A DNA stretch of 63,825 nucleotides, the filler included, from Intoshia linei (taxonomy: Eukaryota > Animalia > Orthonectida), in assembly GCA_001642005.1 (NCBI GenBank). It is 10 parts of 10 records of this genome, joined end to end, with 100 filler letters (N's around TTAATTAATTAA, not from the genome) between each part and the next. Parts side by side here need not be neighbours in the genome. Positions count along the whole stretch, not along the records: positions 53,972 to 56,321 come from LWCA01002336.1; positions 56,422 to 59,607 come from LWCA01002128.1; positions 59,708 to 61,167 come from LWCA01002605.1; positions 61,268 to 62,527 come from LWCA01002708.1; positions 62,628 to 63,825 come from LWCA01002732.1; 5 more parts are not named here. One strand, 5' to 3'. The notes under the pieces are model-generated. The model was given only the letters and a program-made list of their open reading frames with translations. It searched no databases and had not been told where the DNA came from. Positions 53,972 to 63,825 of this stretch are shown here, one piece after another. How positions within the stretch are numbered: position 1 is the stretch's first letter; each line of letters begins with the position of its first letter. The translations under genes were made by a program, and so were the position numbers.

Positions 53972-54360
53972 TCGTCGAATGAAGAATCTGATGTAGTTAT
54001 AAATACATCATTTTTTCTTCTCTTGAGTATTGGAATCGGTTTTGAACATGATGCTACATTTGGCAAATGTTTATTCTTCAATTTACTGTTAAATGATATA
54101 TTTCTGCATTTGCAGAAATAGCAATCATTTTTTGAACCAGGGCATGTCCATGATTGTGGTTTTTCGTATCTTTTGTAATTTTTGTAAACTGAATTTGCAC
54201 AAGATAAGCATATATACCCAAGCGTCCAGATATTTTTTATGTATTTAATATCATAGATACTTTCTAATGTATCCTTTAATTTTCCGTCAACTGGATATTT
54301 TTTTTTCTTACTAAATATTCTGTGACCGCACATGTAGCAATATTTATCAGCATCCGAATG
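53972..54360 (-). mobile_element. Chapaev(-3)-like (CMC) transposase N-terminal zinc-finger region
   Basis: DKYCYMCG...W..GYICLSC...PQSWTCP...DCYFC...LPNVASCSKPIP matches the Chapaev N-terminal Cys pattern. Confidence 0.65.
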
Positions 54361-54784
54361 ATATTTGAAATCATAATTATGTGTAAAATAAAAATATAAT
54401 CACACTTTATACAATAATCTAATTGATATTATTGTATGGAAAAATAACGAGTTACTTGTGCGACCGTTTTAAAATAATATTAATTTAAAATTATAATTGC
54501 AAATAATTATGACCTCGTCACACCTTAATATTTATACTATTCGAATCAACATCAAATTATCGATTTAATGATATAACTTCAAAATCTTGATTAGATTTAA
54601 ATTAGATTACTTTTAAATTTGTTTTTAATAAACGTCATATTCGAAAAAGCATATTAGAATATTTTGTTCCAAATAATGTCAATACACTTGAGTGCAATTT
54701 ATAAAAGCGTTGGTTATGTTTAATCATTATATATTATTATATGGGATTTAGTAAATTATTATAATAAATAATAATACATTGAAT

Positions 54785-55350
54785 TACCGTGTGTGTTAGT
54801 GTGTTACCGTATATTTTAAAAATTGACCTTGGTAGAATTTAAATAAATCCAATTTCTAATACAAGTTTTCGCAAAGGATGTTGATATTTATTTTTCAGTT
54901 TTTGATTTGAGTCCTTCAGGGTTGGAAACGTAATTTGCCATTTGTTTAAAAAAATCAGCCCATAAATTCTGGGCGATTTGTAAAACCATTAACATTGTCT
55001 TATATCTCAGCATTCCAAACGTACATCTTAATGCTTAAAATCCCAAATTATCCTTTCTTTTAAAAATGAAACATGTCCTAAAATTTTATAAAACATAAAT
55101 TCTAGGATAGTTTTTAAAGTCATTAGAATTATCGTAAATATAACATAAAAGTGCATTTTCATGACCAAAACCACACATTACCCTTTTTTTTTTTAATTGA
55201 AAGTCCTAGAATTTAAACAAAATTACAGTTAATACATCTATATCCAGTTAACACAAACACAAAATTTCAATCTGAATAAGTGACGCCTTCACGGTTAAAA
55301 AATCACTTATTATTAAAAAAAATTACATTTAATACAGCTCAAACGACCCT
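54785..55350 (+). repeat. Helitron-related repeat
   Basis: Inverted homolog of 17130-17600; shares the AAAACCACA-ATTACCCTTTTTT motif with about 13005-13030. Confidence 0.65.
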
Positions 55351-55974
55351 TTAAAATTTTATCTAATGTATACTACTCTTTATATTTTATTATGTCTGCT
55401 GTATTGTAATATTTAGAAATTTATACACGATCGATTCTTACAACAAAAAAAAAATTTAAATTCTAAAAATTTAATATCAGCATTTGGATCTCTCTGCCCT
55501 GCTAAATTATATTCAATTAGACAAATAAAAATTACATTAATTACTTTACTATTCAACATCAACGTCAAAATTGAAAATGACGAACTAGGAACAGTGGACA
55601 TGTCTAAATATGGAAATGAAATTTTACCAATGCAAAAATATCCCAATATTTTTCTTAATATAGAAAATATTAATAAGAATGTTTTTTTTTATTAGATATA
55701 ATAAATTTTTTATTTTATTTGTTTTTTGGTTTATTTATTAAATGTACACTGTATATTGTACACAAGGGGCGCCAACCTGTGCCTCTCGTGACCAATTTTT
55801 TATATCAATAAATTTTACGGTCCCCGTTTTTGAAAATTTACACATGATACATTTCAAATTTAACTGAATTGTAACAGTTATAGTATATTCACAATAATAT
55901 GTCAATAAAATAAAATGCAAGGCAATCTGAAAATTCAATAATTATAATTTAATTTAAGTTTATAATGACTCATT

Positions 55975-56165
55975 AAAATGTAAAATGACAGGTGAAAGTT
56001 TGTCCGCTGATAGTGAATGTGTTGCTGGCTTCATTAAAAAGTTTAATAATAAAATCGCCGAAAAAAATTATTCTATGGAATAAATTTACAATGCAAACGA
56101 GTCGGCAGTATTTTAGAAAAAATCTCCGAAATTTACGTTGGCTCATGCATCAGAAAAATCTATAC
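55975..56165 (+). mobile_element. pogo/Tigger transposase remnant
   Basis: Alternative frame reads TGESLSADSECVAGF...NYSME*IYNANESAVF*KKSPKFTL, i.e. the GE..SAD and IYNADETGLFW motifs with stops. Confidence 0.75.
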
Positions 56166-56421
56166 AATTATTTTAATAATATTATGGAACAAATTATACA
56201 AAATTATGTAGTCTTAAATGCAAATTAATTTATAAAAATTAAATTTTAATCTTATTCTCAATATTTTTAGTTATAATTCTTATCAACATTCAGTGTAAAA
56301 TATTTAAGTTATTATTTTTAGNNNNNNNNNNNNNNNNNNNNNNNNNNNNNNNNNNNNNNNNNNNNTTAATTAATTAANNNNNNNNNNNNNNNNNNNNNNN
56401 NNNNNNNNNNNNNNNNNNNNN

Positions 56422-56475
56422 ATTAGGTGCGCCGCAAGTAGTGATTGTGCTCGGAAAAAATACCGGGACAAAATT
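56422..56475 (+). repeat. 54-bp inverted repeat, left arm
   Basis: Exact reverse complement of 59554-59607. Confidence 0.95.
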
Positions 56476-56985
56476 ACCGCGATTTTAAATAATTCCCGAG
56501 ATTATGACCTTAAAAATTCTTAAATCAAGATCAGAATTATTCTTAAAATCAACTGTCACTTTATATATTAAATGCATAATGTGTGGTATATAATTTAAAT
56601 TCAAAAAGTATATTAATAAGTACATTTACATGTACGCAGTAATTCATGAATTAAATTTACATATATTGAAAATATGCTGAATCAGTTTCAATAGTCTACT
56701 AATCTAAATATAGCACGATAGCACCAATATCAATTTTCTAACGTTGCACATGCTAGAAATATGAATTAATTAAACCAACTTAAATTCTTTTAATATGAAG
56801 TTTAAATTTAAAAAATTAAATAGTATATCGCGCAGTAATGATTTGATATATCAAAGTCAATATAAAACTTTAAATATACATTTGTAGTTGTTTAGAATAT
56901 ATATTTATTTGACAACTTGTATAATTAGTTGTACAATACATTTTCTTACATACATTTAGTTTTCTTGATACCATCTTTGATAAAA

Positions 56986-57978
56986 ATGGGATTATTGTCT
57001 TCTGGAGAACCATTAAGTATTTTTACAATATTATATTGTACGTTATACTTTTTATATTCATATATTTAGTTTGGGAAGAATGTAAAAAATATAGTAAACA
57101 TATACAAAGATGCGGAATTAAACAGTTTATCCATCAATATAATAAACTTAAACATCGACGGAATGACAAAATGTATTGGGGGGATGAAGTAATTTTTTGT
57201 TTGTTATATTTATTGGTTGGTAATGTCCAGGCTAATGTGATGGACTTGCTGCACTTGTAGGGTTTAGTTGGAATGCATTAATTTCTGTGTCTTGTTTTGG
57301 GTTTAGAGCAGGCATTATTTATTTATTTTTTAAATGATATTATAAATGTTTGTAAATTGGGGCCTTAATTTTCCAAATTGAGCATTAAAAAATTATATTT
57401 TTGAATATCATAACTATTTTGTGTTAAATTTAAATTTTAAATATCAAACGAAGAGCCTTATATACGTCGATAGGGCGATATGACACTATCCACAGTTTGT
57501 GAAAATAATTTTTTAGAGGCTTACGACGTAGTGGAAAATTTTTTCAAAGGGCGTTGAAAAAATATATTGATAGATAAGGGGGCGGGGGCGGTAGACCAAA
57601 TTTTTTTGTGAACCCCTGATTTAAATTCTAAACTAACTAGATTCTAGTTACTAGAATAACGAAAATATCAGATCGTATTTAAAAATTCATTATTTATTTA
57701 AACATGTAGAGGTTTATTCAAAAACGAAATATAAACAGTTCCTAGTACATGTAGTGTACTTGTCTCGAAGTTTAAGTAAAATGCTAAGTTTAAAGTTTTA
57801 TATTAAATTCTGCATTGATTGATGTTGATTCAATTGATAGTCGTGTTTAATATAATTTTTAGATTGAATACATGATTGTTCGTTTTGACAATAAAAATAG
57901 AAAAGCTCAATTGTCACTTAAATCCCCAGAAATTATAAAATATTTTGGAAATATTGAACAAAAATGTGCAGCTAAAGG
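56986..57978 (+). CDS. GCLC: Glutamate-cysteine ligase catalytic subunit, first three exons only (56986-57016, 57070-57188, 57863-57978)
   Basis: MGLLSSGEPLIWEECKKYSKHIQRCGIKQFIHQY...MYWGDE|IEYMIVRFDNKNRKAQLSL matches the GCLC N-terminus (MGLLS.G.PL.W...WGDEVEYM). Splice sites intact. Confidence 0.92.
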
Positions 57979-58233
57979 GTATTTTTTTGATATTTCAATT
58001 AGGATTTTTTAATTAAGATTATGCCCACATCATTTATATGTACAGATTATTTATCTTTTAAAATATTCTGATGTGGTGTTTTAAAAATGCATTTAATGTT
58101 ACTTTTTTTGGCAGAGTTCCATAATATTGTCTAGTTAGGATTGAGATGGTCAATGCCCATTTGGCATATCAATTCTGTGTAAGGTTTTTTGTTGTATGAA
58201 TTTTAAATGTTTTTAAAATAGTCCTTTAATTTA

Positions 58234-58286
58234 CGTTTTAATGATAAAAATAGAAAAGCTCAATTTTCACTTAAATCTCCAGAATT
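58234..58286 (+). repeat. diverged partial duplicate of GCLC exon 3
   Basis: cgttttaatgataaaaatagaaaagctcaattttcacttaaatctccagaa versus 57881 onward cgttttgacaataaaaatagaaaagctcaattgtcacttaaatccccagaa. Confidence 0.9.
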
Positions 58287-58971
58287 AAAAGGTGTAGCAA
58301 ATGTTATTTTTAAATTTTTACAACTACACACCAATTTGAAAAAAATCCTTAATATAACCGTTTAACAGTTAATAATTTAATAAATCGTAGTTATATTGTA
58401 TTAATTTATGCTAATTACCCATACTAAATAATCAAGTTTTAGAATTATAAAATTAAAATGGTCAAGTGCTGACTTAATTAATATTCCCATTATCACCAAC
58501 TATATTTTGTTCGTTATATAAATTATTCAGAATGGAAGATTAAATAATAGGCACTACTTAATTCCCAAATTTAAGAAATTTAATTTAAGAAAGCTTAATT
58601 TATGAAATTATATTAGTATAAATTTAATTAGAAAAAATGTCTTAATCTTATTAACATGTAAAATAAAATTGCAAAAAAGTGTAATAAAACAAATAATATG
58701 TTTATAGATTCGTCGATTAAACGGGTTCTACGTTTCTTTATAAAAAAAAAATACTTAAATTCTTAACGTCTCCATATTAAATTCACTTTTAGTTATTACT
58801 AGAGCAAACAATGTCATAAAAATAATAATTTTTTTTAATAATATAAAAATGTTAGAAATGTAAGAGAGAACTGTAATAAACACATTTAATAGGGTATATC
58901 GATTTTTAAATAGTCATAAATGTCATATTTCTGACAGAATTGTCATAATAATATTATTAACCTTTTATAGT

Positions 58972-59344
58972 ACGGTGTTCTATTAATGGAACACTAGATT
59001 TAATACAATATAGTGACTAAGTTATATTATGCTTCATTATTATACAGATGAAATTTGGTAATTTAAATTCTCCGCTTCTTCATGGAATGAACATATATTT
59101 ATTTTCATAATTAATTATATATACAATTAACGATTAAATTAAATATAGCTGAAAAAACATGTACAAAAAATTCATGTTTTGAAATAATATTAAAGTTAAT
59201 TTAATAAAATAAATTTAATTTTTTTTCTAATGATTAAACTCCAGATGAATTGTAGTATCAGACAAAAAAAATTACATGAAAATAAGTGCACAGTTAATAT
59301 TTATGAGTCGATAAAAATAGGTGTTCTATTAATGGAACACTCGC
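58972..59344. mobile_element. putative MITE bounded by palindromic GTGTTCTATTAATGGAACAC motifs
   Basis: The same ~22-bp near-palindrome occurs at about 58974 and about 59320. Confidence 0.5.
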
Positions 59345-59553
59345 AATTAGCATGTATTAATGAACTAATTTTTTAGGTGGGATTTTGAATCCCTACCAAG
59401 GCTTTAGGTCGAAGATATACTGCATCTCATCATTTTTTGCAAATTTTACACACTGCTTTATCACCTTTACGTTCATATTTTATCCAAACATTTGCTGTTT
59501 TTTATTTTTAATTTGTTCAACAATTTTTTTTGGGAAATCTCAAAAATCTCGGG

Positions 59554-59607
59554 AATTTTGTCCCGGTATTTTTTCCGAGCACAATCACTACTTGCGGCGC
59601 ACCTAAT
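59554..59607 (-). repeat. 54-bp inverted repeat, right arm
   Basis: Exact reverse complement of 56422-56475. Confidence 0.95.
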
Positions 59608-60647
59608 NNNNNNNNNNNNNNNNNNNNNNNNNNNNNNNNNNNNNNNNNNNNTTAATTAATTAANNNNNNNNNNNNNNNNNNNNNNNNNNNNNNNNNNNNN
59701 NNNNNNNAATCAACTTAAAATTTTGTCTTATTCTGACGTAAGCCACAAACATGTTTTATATTGTTAGAATCGCAAAGAAACACTACACCAGACTAAATAC
59801 ATATTAAGAAAAAAGATTTTTGAGTGTTGGCTAGTGTTATATAAGTAAGGATAATTTATATTTTTATATAAAACATTTTTGATTAAAAGATTACAACCTA
59901 ATTTATAATTTATATAAACATGAAATTTATAATATACAACAGAGTTTCACAAATGGGAGTCCGTAACGAAAATTGGAGAAAAAGAAAAGTTTATTTTTTT
60001 ATTAAATTTTTTAATTGAAATTACATTACCATTTTAAGAGATATCATGTGAATTGCACTGTGAGTTTGTTGTTACAGTGAAGTTGCAGTTCACTTCAACC
60101 TGAATTGTAATATCATTTTTATATTAAACCTGTTATCGCAATTGTAATTCTTACTTATTAACAGTGGATGACAGTATACGGGGTAACTAAGATAAAATCT
60201 AAAATAATAGCCCATTTTTCAATTTTTAAAAACTAAGTTATTTATAAATTCAAATGCAGTATCGCGCAAATACTTATAATGTAAATATATACCTAGTTAA
60301 TGAAATTTCAATTAATCAACAACATATTTTCCACGTTACCATAAATAATAATTTATTTTATGGATAACTTAAAAATAAACGAAAAATAAAAATTTAATCT
60401 GTATCTATATTTTCTGCAGAGGCTTCATCGTTTGATGATTCAAATGTTGTATTTATTTCATCATTAATAATTTCATTGTACATAGTAGTATATTCATACT
60501 GTATCTATATCAACCTATAAATTAACAAAACTAAATCTAAATTTACAAAGTTAATATCGATCAATCCAGAATCTTACAATCAAGTAATTAATAACTTTAA
60601 AAGAATATATAATTTAGTATGTTGTAGCTTCTGTTAAATTAAACTGT

Positions 60648-61167
60648 TTAAAATACTACATACATGTTATTTAAAATTGAATCAGTTTTTTGTATACAAC
60701 CTTTGACAACATTATTTGAAAGATTGTTAAATGGTTGATTCAGTCTTAGTAATACATCGTTGAAATTAGTGTTTACATCATATTGTTTACCAACTTCTCC
60801 TTTTATTATAGCCCATATTAACTCTATTGGTTGAAGATCAGAGTGATATGGTGGAGTAAACATAACACTATGCCCTTGCTTCTCAGCCATTTCACAGATT
60901 ATGGGTTTAATGTGACTGCCTATATACATTTCTATTTTATTCCACAAAATAATTTTAAATTTATTTTCATTATATGCTATATTTTTTTTAACACAATAAT
61001 CAATTAAAATTTCCTTTCTGTTTCCCTTTTTTAGGTGTATTAGAGGTAAACATTTGTGATATTTTGCATTATCAAGTATGATAACCGTATTCTTTATATT
61101 TTTATTCTTTAATTATATGAGTAATCTGTTCATCCATTTGATAAAATATGTATTTGTGAACATACCA
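60648..61167 (-). mobile_element. IS630-Tc1-mariner DD82E (Sailor-type) transposase remnant
   Basis: GMFTNTYFIKW...VIILDNAKYH (D codon 61071-61073), 82 residues, then TPPYHSDLQPIELIWA (E codon 60822-60824). One in-frame stop upstream of the D. Confidence 0.85.
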
Positions 61168-61299
61168 NNNNNNNNNNNNNNNNNNNNNNNNNNNNNNNNN
61201 NNNNNNNNNNNTTAATTAATTAANNNNNNNNNNNNNNNNNNNNNNNNNNNNNNNNNNNNNNNNNNNNTAACAAACATAAATCAAATACAGATATGTCTC

Positions 61300-61359
61300 A
61301 ATTTTTTTCGGGAAATCCCGGGAATTCTGTCCCGATTTTTTTCCCCGGCACAATCACTA
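61300..61359 (-). repeat. third, diverged copy of the TAGTGATTGTGC...CGGGA terminal repeat
   Basis: tcccgatttttttccccggcacaatcacta resembles 59561-59590 but has a different outer flank. Confidence 0.8.
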
Positions 61360-62627
61360 GTTAAAGACAATTTTTATTAACTTGAAAGTTTAATAAATGG
61401 AATTTCTATCTCAAAATTAACACAAAATGGAATTTTTGTCTTAAAAAACTCATAAAATGGTAGATTTCCGATTGAAAATTATTTAAAAATTAATTTTTTA
61501 AATAAAATACTAGAGTAAAATGGAAAGTTTTTCTGCAAAATTTCAGTACAGTGTCAGCGTGTGACTGTGATTGCTGCGATATTCATAGAGTCGATGTTAA
61601 TTGTACTTATCAGTGAGTCGTCACTGGACTAACGAAATACTCTTTTGTAAGAGTGTTAATTTAATAGGTCTGGAAATATTGTACACCTTCTTCCTTTGAT
61701 AATAATTAAGTGCCAATTTGAGATATTGAGATAAGGCTCGCTACGCAATCTGACCGACATTTATAGTGATCATTCACATTCATATTAGATCATATTAGAC
61801 TAATAATTAGTTCGTTTAAAACATTAGTTAAAGAAATAAATTAACAAGGAAATAAGGTTCGATAAGTATGCCTACTGACAATAACTTGATTTTTTCTTAA
61901 ATATTCAGGTAAAAAAAACTTTTTTTCAAAAATTATATTAATTAATATAGTTCCCTCCAAATTTTAATAAAATTGGATATTTTCGATTAAAAAATATATA
62001 GAAGGACAAGTTACATTTAAGACGTAATAAAATTTATTATTCATTAATATTTGGGTAAAATCAAAATTTTTTTCCTATAATACAATGTAATGTAGGTCCA
62101 TTCCTAGTTTTAGTAAAATTGATTTTTTTCTCTCTATATTTTGATAAAATTGGATTTATTCTTATAATAAAATGTCTATAAATTAATTTTATTCCAAATT
62201 AATCTAAAGTGAAATTAATTAAAAGTGTATTTTATATCATCGAGTTTTCTAAATTTTCTTTACCGTAAATACTGTACAAAATGACGTTCTCCTAATTGCG
62301 CCTATAATTTTATCTCGACCACATTGAAGAACCTACTATATTTTAAAACATAAAAGACTGTAGTTAAAAAAAATTCTGAAAATTGAATTGTTTCTATCAA
62401 TATATAATTGATTTATTCTTTTGTCATAAATTAAAAAAACGATAAATTTAAATTAATTTAAATCCGCTACCATTTTCTTTTTACGTTGTTTGTTAGTTTG
62501 ATTTGTATATTTTCAGGATATTACAAANNNNNNNNNNNNNNNNNNNNNNNNNNNNNNNNNNNNNNNNNNNNTTAATTAATTAANNNNNNNNNNNNNNNNN
62601 NNNNNNNNNNNNNNNNNNNNNNNNNNN

Positions 62628-63420
62628 GGTAGTTGCACATACCCAAGAACGATCTTAATTGTCTTTTGTTTTTAGGTGGTTAGATTTTTAAAATGCCTAT
62701 TTTTTCTGGATCGGGTAAAATACCTTTTTCGTTAATTAGATATCTCAATATTTAAATTTCCCGTTTTCCATTTTATGTTTTTTTGGTTTAAGAGTAATTA
62801 TAGCTATATCCAAGCTTCGATTACTTGACTTAGTGTTTTCATGTAATCGACATGATTTACGGAAGCGATTATTATGTCGTCCATGTATAAAGTAACGTCT
62901 TTTACGTCACCAAGAAGATTGTATATAGCGCGTTGATATGTCGCAGATGCGTTAACCGAACAAAACGGCATTCGCTTAAATTGATAAAGACGTTTACCGT
63001 AAGTGGTTGCAAGTGATTTTTTTGTCTGTCTTCCATTGCTATTGGAATTTGCCAAAATCCACTACAGAGGTATAGAGTAGTAAATATTTTTTTGTTATAT
63101 AGCTGTTCTAAGCATAATCTTAGATTTTGAGTTTGATAAGAGTCTGGTTTAGTTACGGCGTTAAGTTTTTTGGTAGTCAACCACGAAACGATATTTAATC
63201 TAGCCTTTGAGTACCAAAAAAAATAGTGATGTGTATTGCGAAACACTGGGTTCAATTATATAATTTTTGATCATCGAAGTAGCAATGTCGCGCAAGTTTA
63301 TTGGTTTTGAAAATATTTGACATTTAATTAATTTCCTTTCATCATTTAACTCAATTTTATGTTCGGTACCCTTGAAAAAGGCCGGCACGCTGGAGAAAAG
63401 ATTTTAATATCGTGTCCTTA
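62628..63420 (-). pseudogene. Gypsy reverse transcriptase remnant (frameshifted)
   Basis: EHKIEL, KKLNAVTKPDSY, SGFWQIP, RMPF..VNASATYQR and LYMDDII spread over several frames. Confidence 0.9.
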
Positions 63421-63512
63421 TTTCGGAGAAATTTTTGTATTTATTAAATTTATTTTGGGAATAGTGATAAATCCTAATTTTACAGTCTTGTAATGAATAA
63501 TGTGACAATAAT

Positions 63513-63790
63513 TTAGTGAATACATAATGTTATTTGTTGTCTGACAGATAAAGTATCTTCTAAATCACTATCGGATGATTGGTCAGCGGCTACAGGGATT
63601 GTAGAAGCTGGTTCAGGAGTAACAATAAAGTTACTATCGGTATAAAAATCATCATATTGTTTAGGAAAAAATTTTTTGCGAGTAGACACGGGAAATGTAG
63701 GTGACAATGAACTATTTGTTTTTTCATTATTTGCAAGTGAGGCAGGATTGACATGGTCAGAATTGGTTTTTTGAATGATAGAGTCATTTA
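63513..63790 (-). mobile_element. possible retroelement integrase C-terminal tail
   Basis: STRKKFFPKQYDDF resembles the RSTR..P.RY.DF tail that follows Gypsy integrases. Confidence 0.35.
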
Positions 63791-63825
63791 ATGTAGTATG
63801 ATTGGCTACATTCGTATCCTGATTT

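Noticed and set aside
55413-55938. Minus-strand ORFs as the missing deadenylase 5' exons
   Set aside because: No D.EF.G or other CAF1 motifs.
59385-59606. 73-aa ORF as a GCLC continuation
   Set aside because: No GCLC similarity; it runs through the terminal repeat.

Overview
This is very AT-rich eukaryotic (animal) genomic DNA from a gapped draft scaffold. It has nine 100-bp gaps, each padded with an artificial TTAATTAATTAA linker. Genes have tiny (about 30-60 nt) GT-AG introns plus a few transposon-inflated ones. The composition, intron size and divergent metazoan proteins suggest a reduced invertebrate such as the orthonectid Intoshia, but that is an inference. Host genes reconstructed by hand-splicing: POLR2K/RPB12, an NWD1/2-like NACHT-WD40 gene (5' part not found), epsin, FoxQ2-like, GOT1/GOLT1, Pax6, PSMD1/Rpn2, a short PINX1, an ERG/FLI/FEV-type ETS factor, a PARN/PNLDC1-like deadenylase (5' part not found) and only the first three exons of GCLC. 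Intergenic DNA and long introns hold decayed TEs: Gypsy, Helitron, hAT (Buster/Charlie, hATm-like, MITEs), Tc1, pogo/Tigger, Chapaev-like and a DD82E Sailor-type transposase. The most notable observations are three. (1) The GCLC 5' fragment lies in a 3.2-kb contig bounded by perfect 54-bp inverted repeats, a candidate Pack-type gene-capture element or invertible segment, although an assembly artefact is possible. (2) There is a DD82E transposase. (3) FoxQ2, Pax6 and an ERG/FEV gene are co-oriented within about 29 kb. Exon boundaries were read by eye and are approximate where stated.
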